NCBI GenBank assembly: GCA_028534125.1
Contig: CM052817.1
Span: forward strand, 81,408,001 to 81,472,000
Length of the DNA stretch: 64,000 nt
Source: Lama glama
Lineage: Eukaryota
Direction of reading: 5' to 3'
In this document: positions 63,212 to 64,000 of the stretch, in pieces
Position numbering within the stretch: the stretch's first letter is position 1
Layout of the letters: each line of letters starts with the position of its first letter
Position numbers and translations under genes: made by a program
Notes under the pieces: model-generated
Database searches by the model: none
What the model was told of the DNA's origin: nothing
What the model saw: the letters and a program-made list of their open reading frames with translations, nothing else

Positions 63212-64000
63212 AAGTAATGTTTCCTACCTAATGTTTATAATTTTTAGTACTTTTTTAATTCAATGAATATATTCTTTTCTTTGCCTAGATTTCTAATTTA
63301 CTGTTTTAATATAATATCCACCTCTTTTTAAAAATATCCACTTGGTTTTGTTTCTATGTTAGTGCTCATTTTTAAAATGATGTTGTTTCACTTGCCTTAG
63401 TCTAACAACACAGACTTTTTAAATAGTTGTCAAAGACCAAGTCTTAGCGTGGCAGCACCGGAACTTCTGCCCTGGGTGATTTTGGAACTCTCACGGATTT
63501 GGTTACCAAGTCAGCAGGCGGCTTGGCTCCTTCACTGGCAGAAGGGCTCTGTTTTTGATCTCCCAGCTTTCTAGACATTGTACTTGTTCTAAGCAACAGC
63601 CTGACAGCCCAGCAGCAATTGTTAAGAGTCTTTTCACAAGAGGGGACTTGTATCTGATCTCTAGCTCCAGGCAGTACGCGTGTCTTCAGTCCCTGCATCT
63701 GGGTAGCCTCTTCAGTCCACTTAACCTAAGGCTACCTGATACCCGATGCTCCTTCCTTACTTCCCTGACCCCTCACGACACTCCAGCCCTGTTTATTACT
63801 TGACATTTCCATTCCTCTTCCTAATTACAAAGATACTCATCTTGTTTTGATCGTGATTTTTGAAGTCTTTTTCTTTTGAAATGATTCATTTAGCATTGTG
63901 AGACACTTGGCGTGCACTTTGGGAAGGAGGTGAAAGGGGCATTTTTTTCAGCTATTACATGTCAGTGTATACTTTTAAGTGAGCTGGAAATTTATTTCTT

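Noticed and set aside
706..63803. Short ORFs in the six-frame track (60-128 aa) as host genes
   Set aside because: They are chance-length ORFs, many with non-ATG starts or lying in LTR/L1/L2 sequence, and show no recognisable domains apart from L1 ORF2 remnants.

Overview
AT-rich, CpG-depleted placental-mammal DNA. It is most likely camelid (alpaca/camel): it carries a tRNA-Ala-derived SINE of the camelid Vic-1 type and cetartiodactyl/camelid-type L1 3' ends, and I saw no Alu, B1/B2, BovA/BovB, SINEC or PRE-1. I can support no host protein-coding exon, RNA gene or CRISPR array. The only recognisable protein similarity is decayed LINE-1 ORF2 C-terminal sequence and a Charlie hAT transposase remnant. 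The window reads as intergenic or gene-desert DNA packed with old transposons: about 17 LTR pieces in both orientations, L1, L2, MIR and hAT elements. It also has two scaffold gaps (500 N and 100 N) and several TE-poor stretches that may be regulatory. Repeat family names come from my recollection of consensus sequences, not from a search, so subfamily labels are approximate. The best observations are: (1) an L1 whose 5' UTR is fused directly to its 3' end; (2) an LTR-like R-region retrocopy with a poly(A) tail and an 18-bp TSD; (3) a GC-rich patch with five SMAD-type CAGAC boxes; (4) a solo poly(A) insertion with a 14-bp TSD; (5) an 18-bp perfect direct repeat around a microsatellite filler; and (6) an unexplained ~120-bp hairpin in TE-free DNA. 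I found no convincing new multi-gene system.
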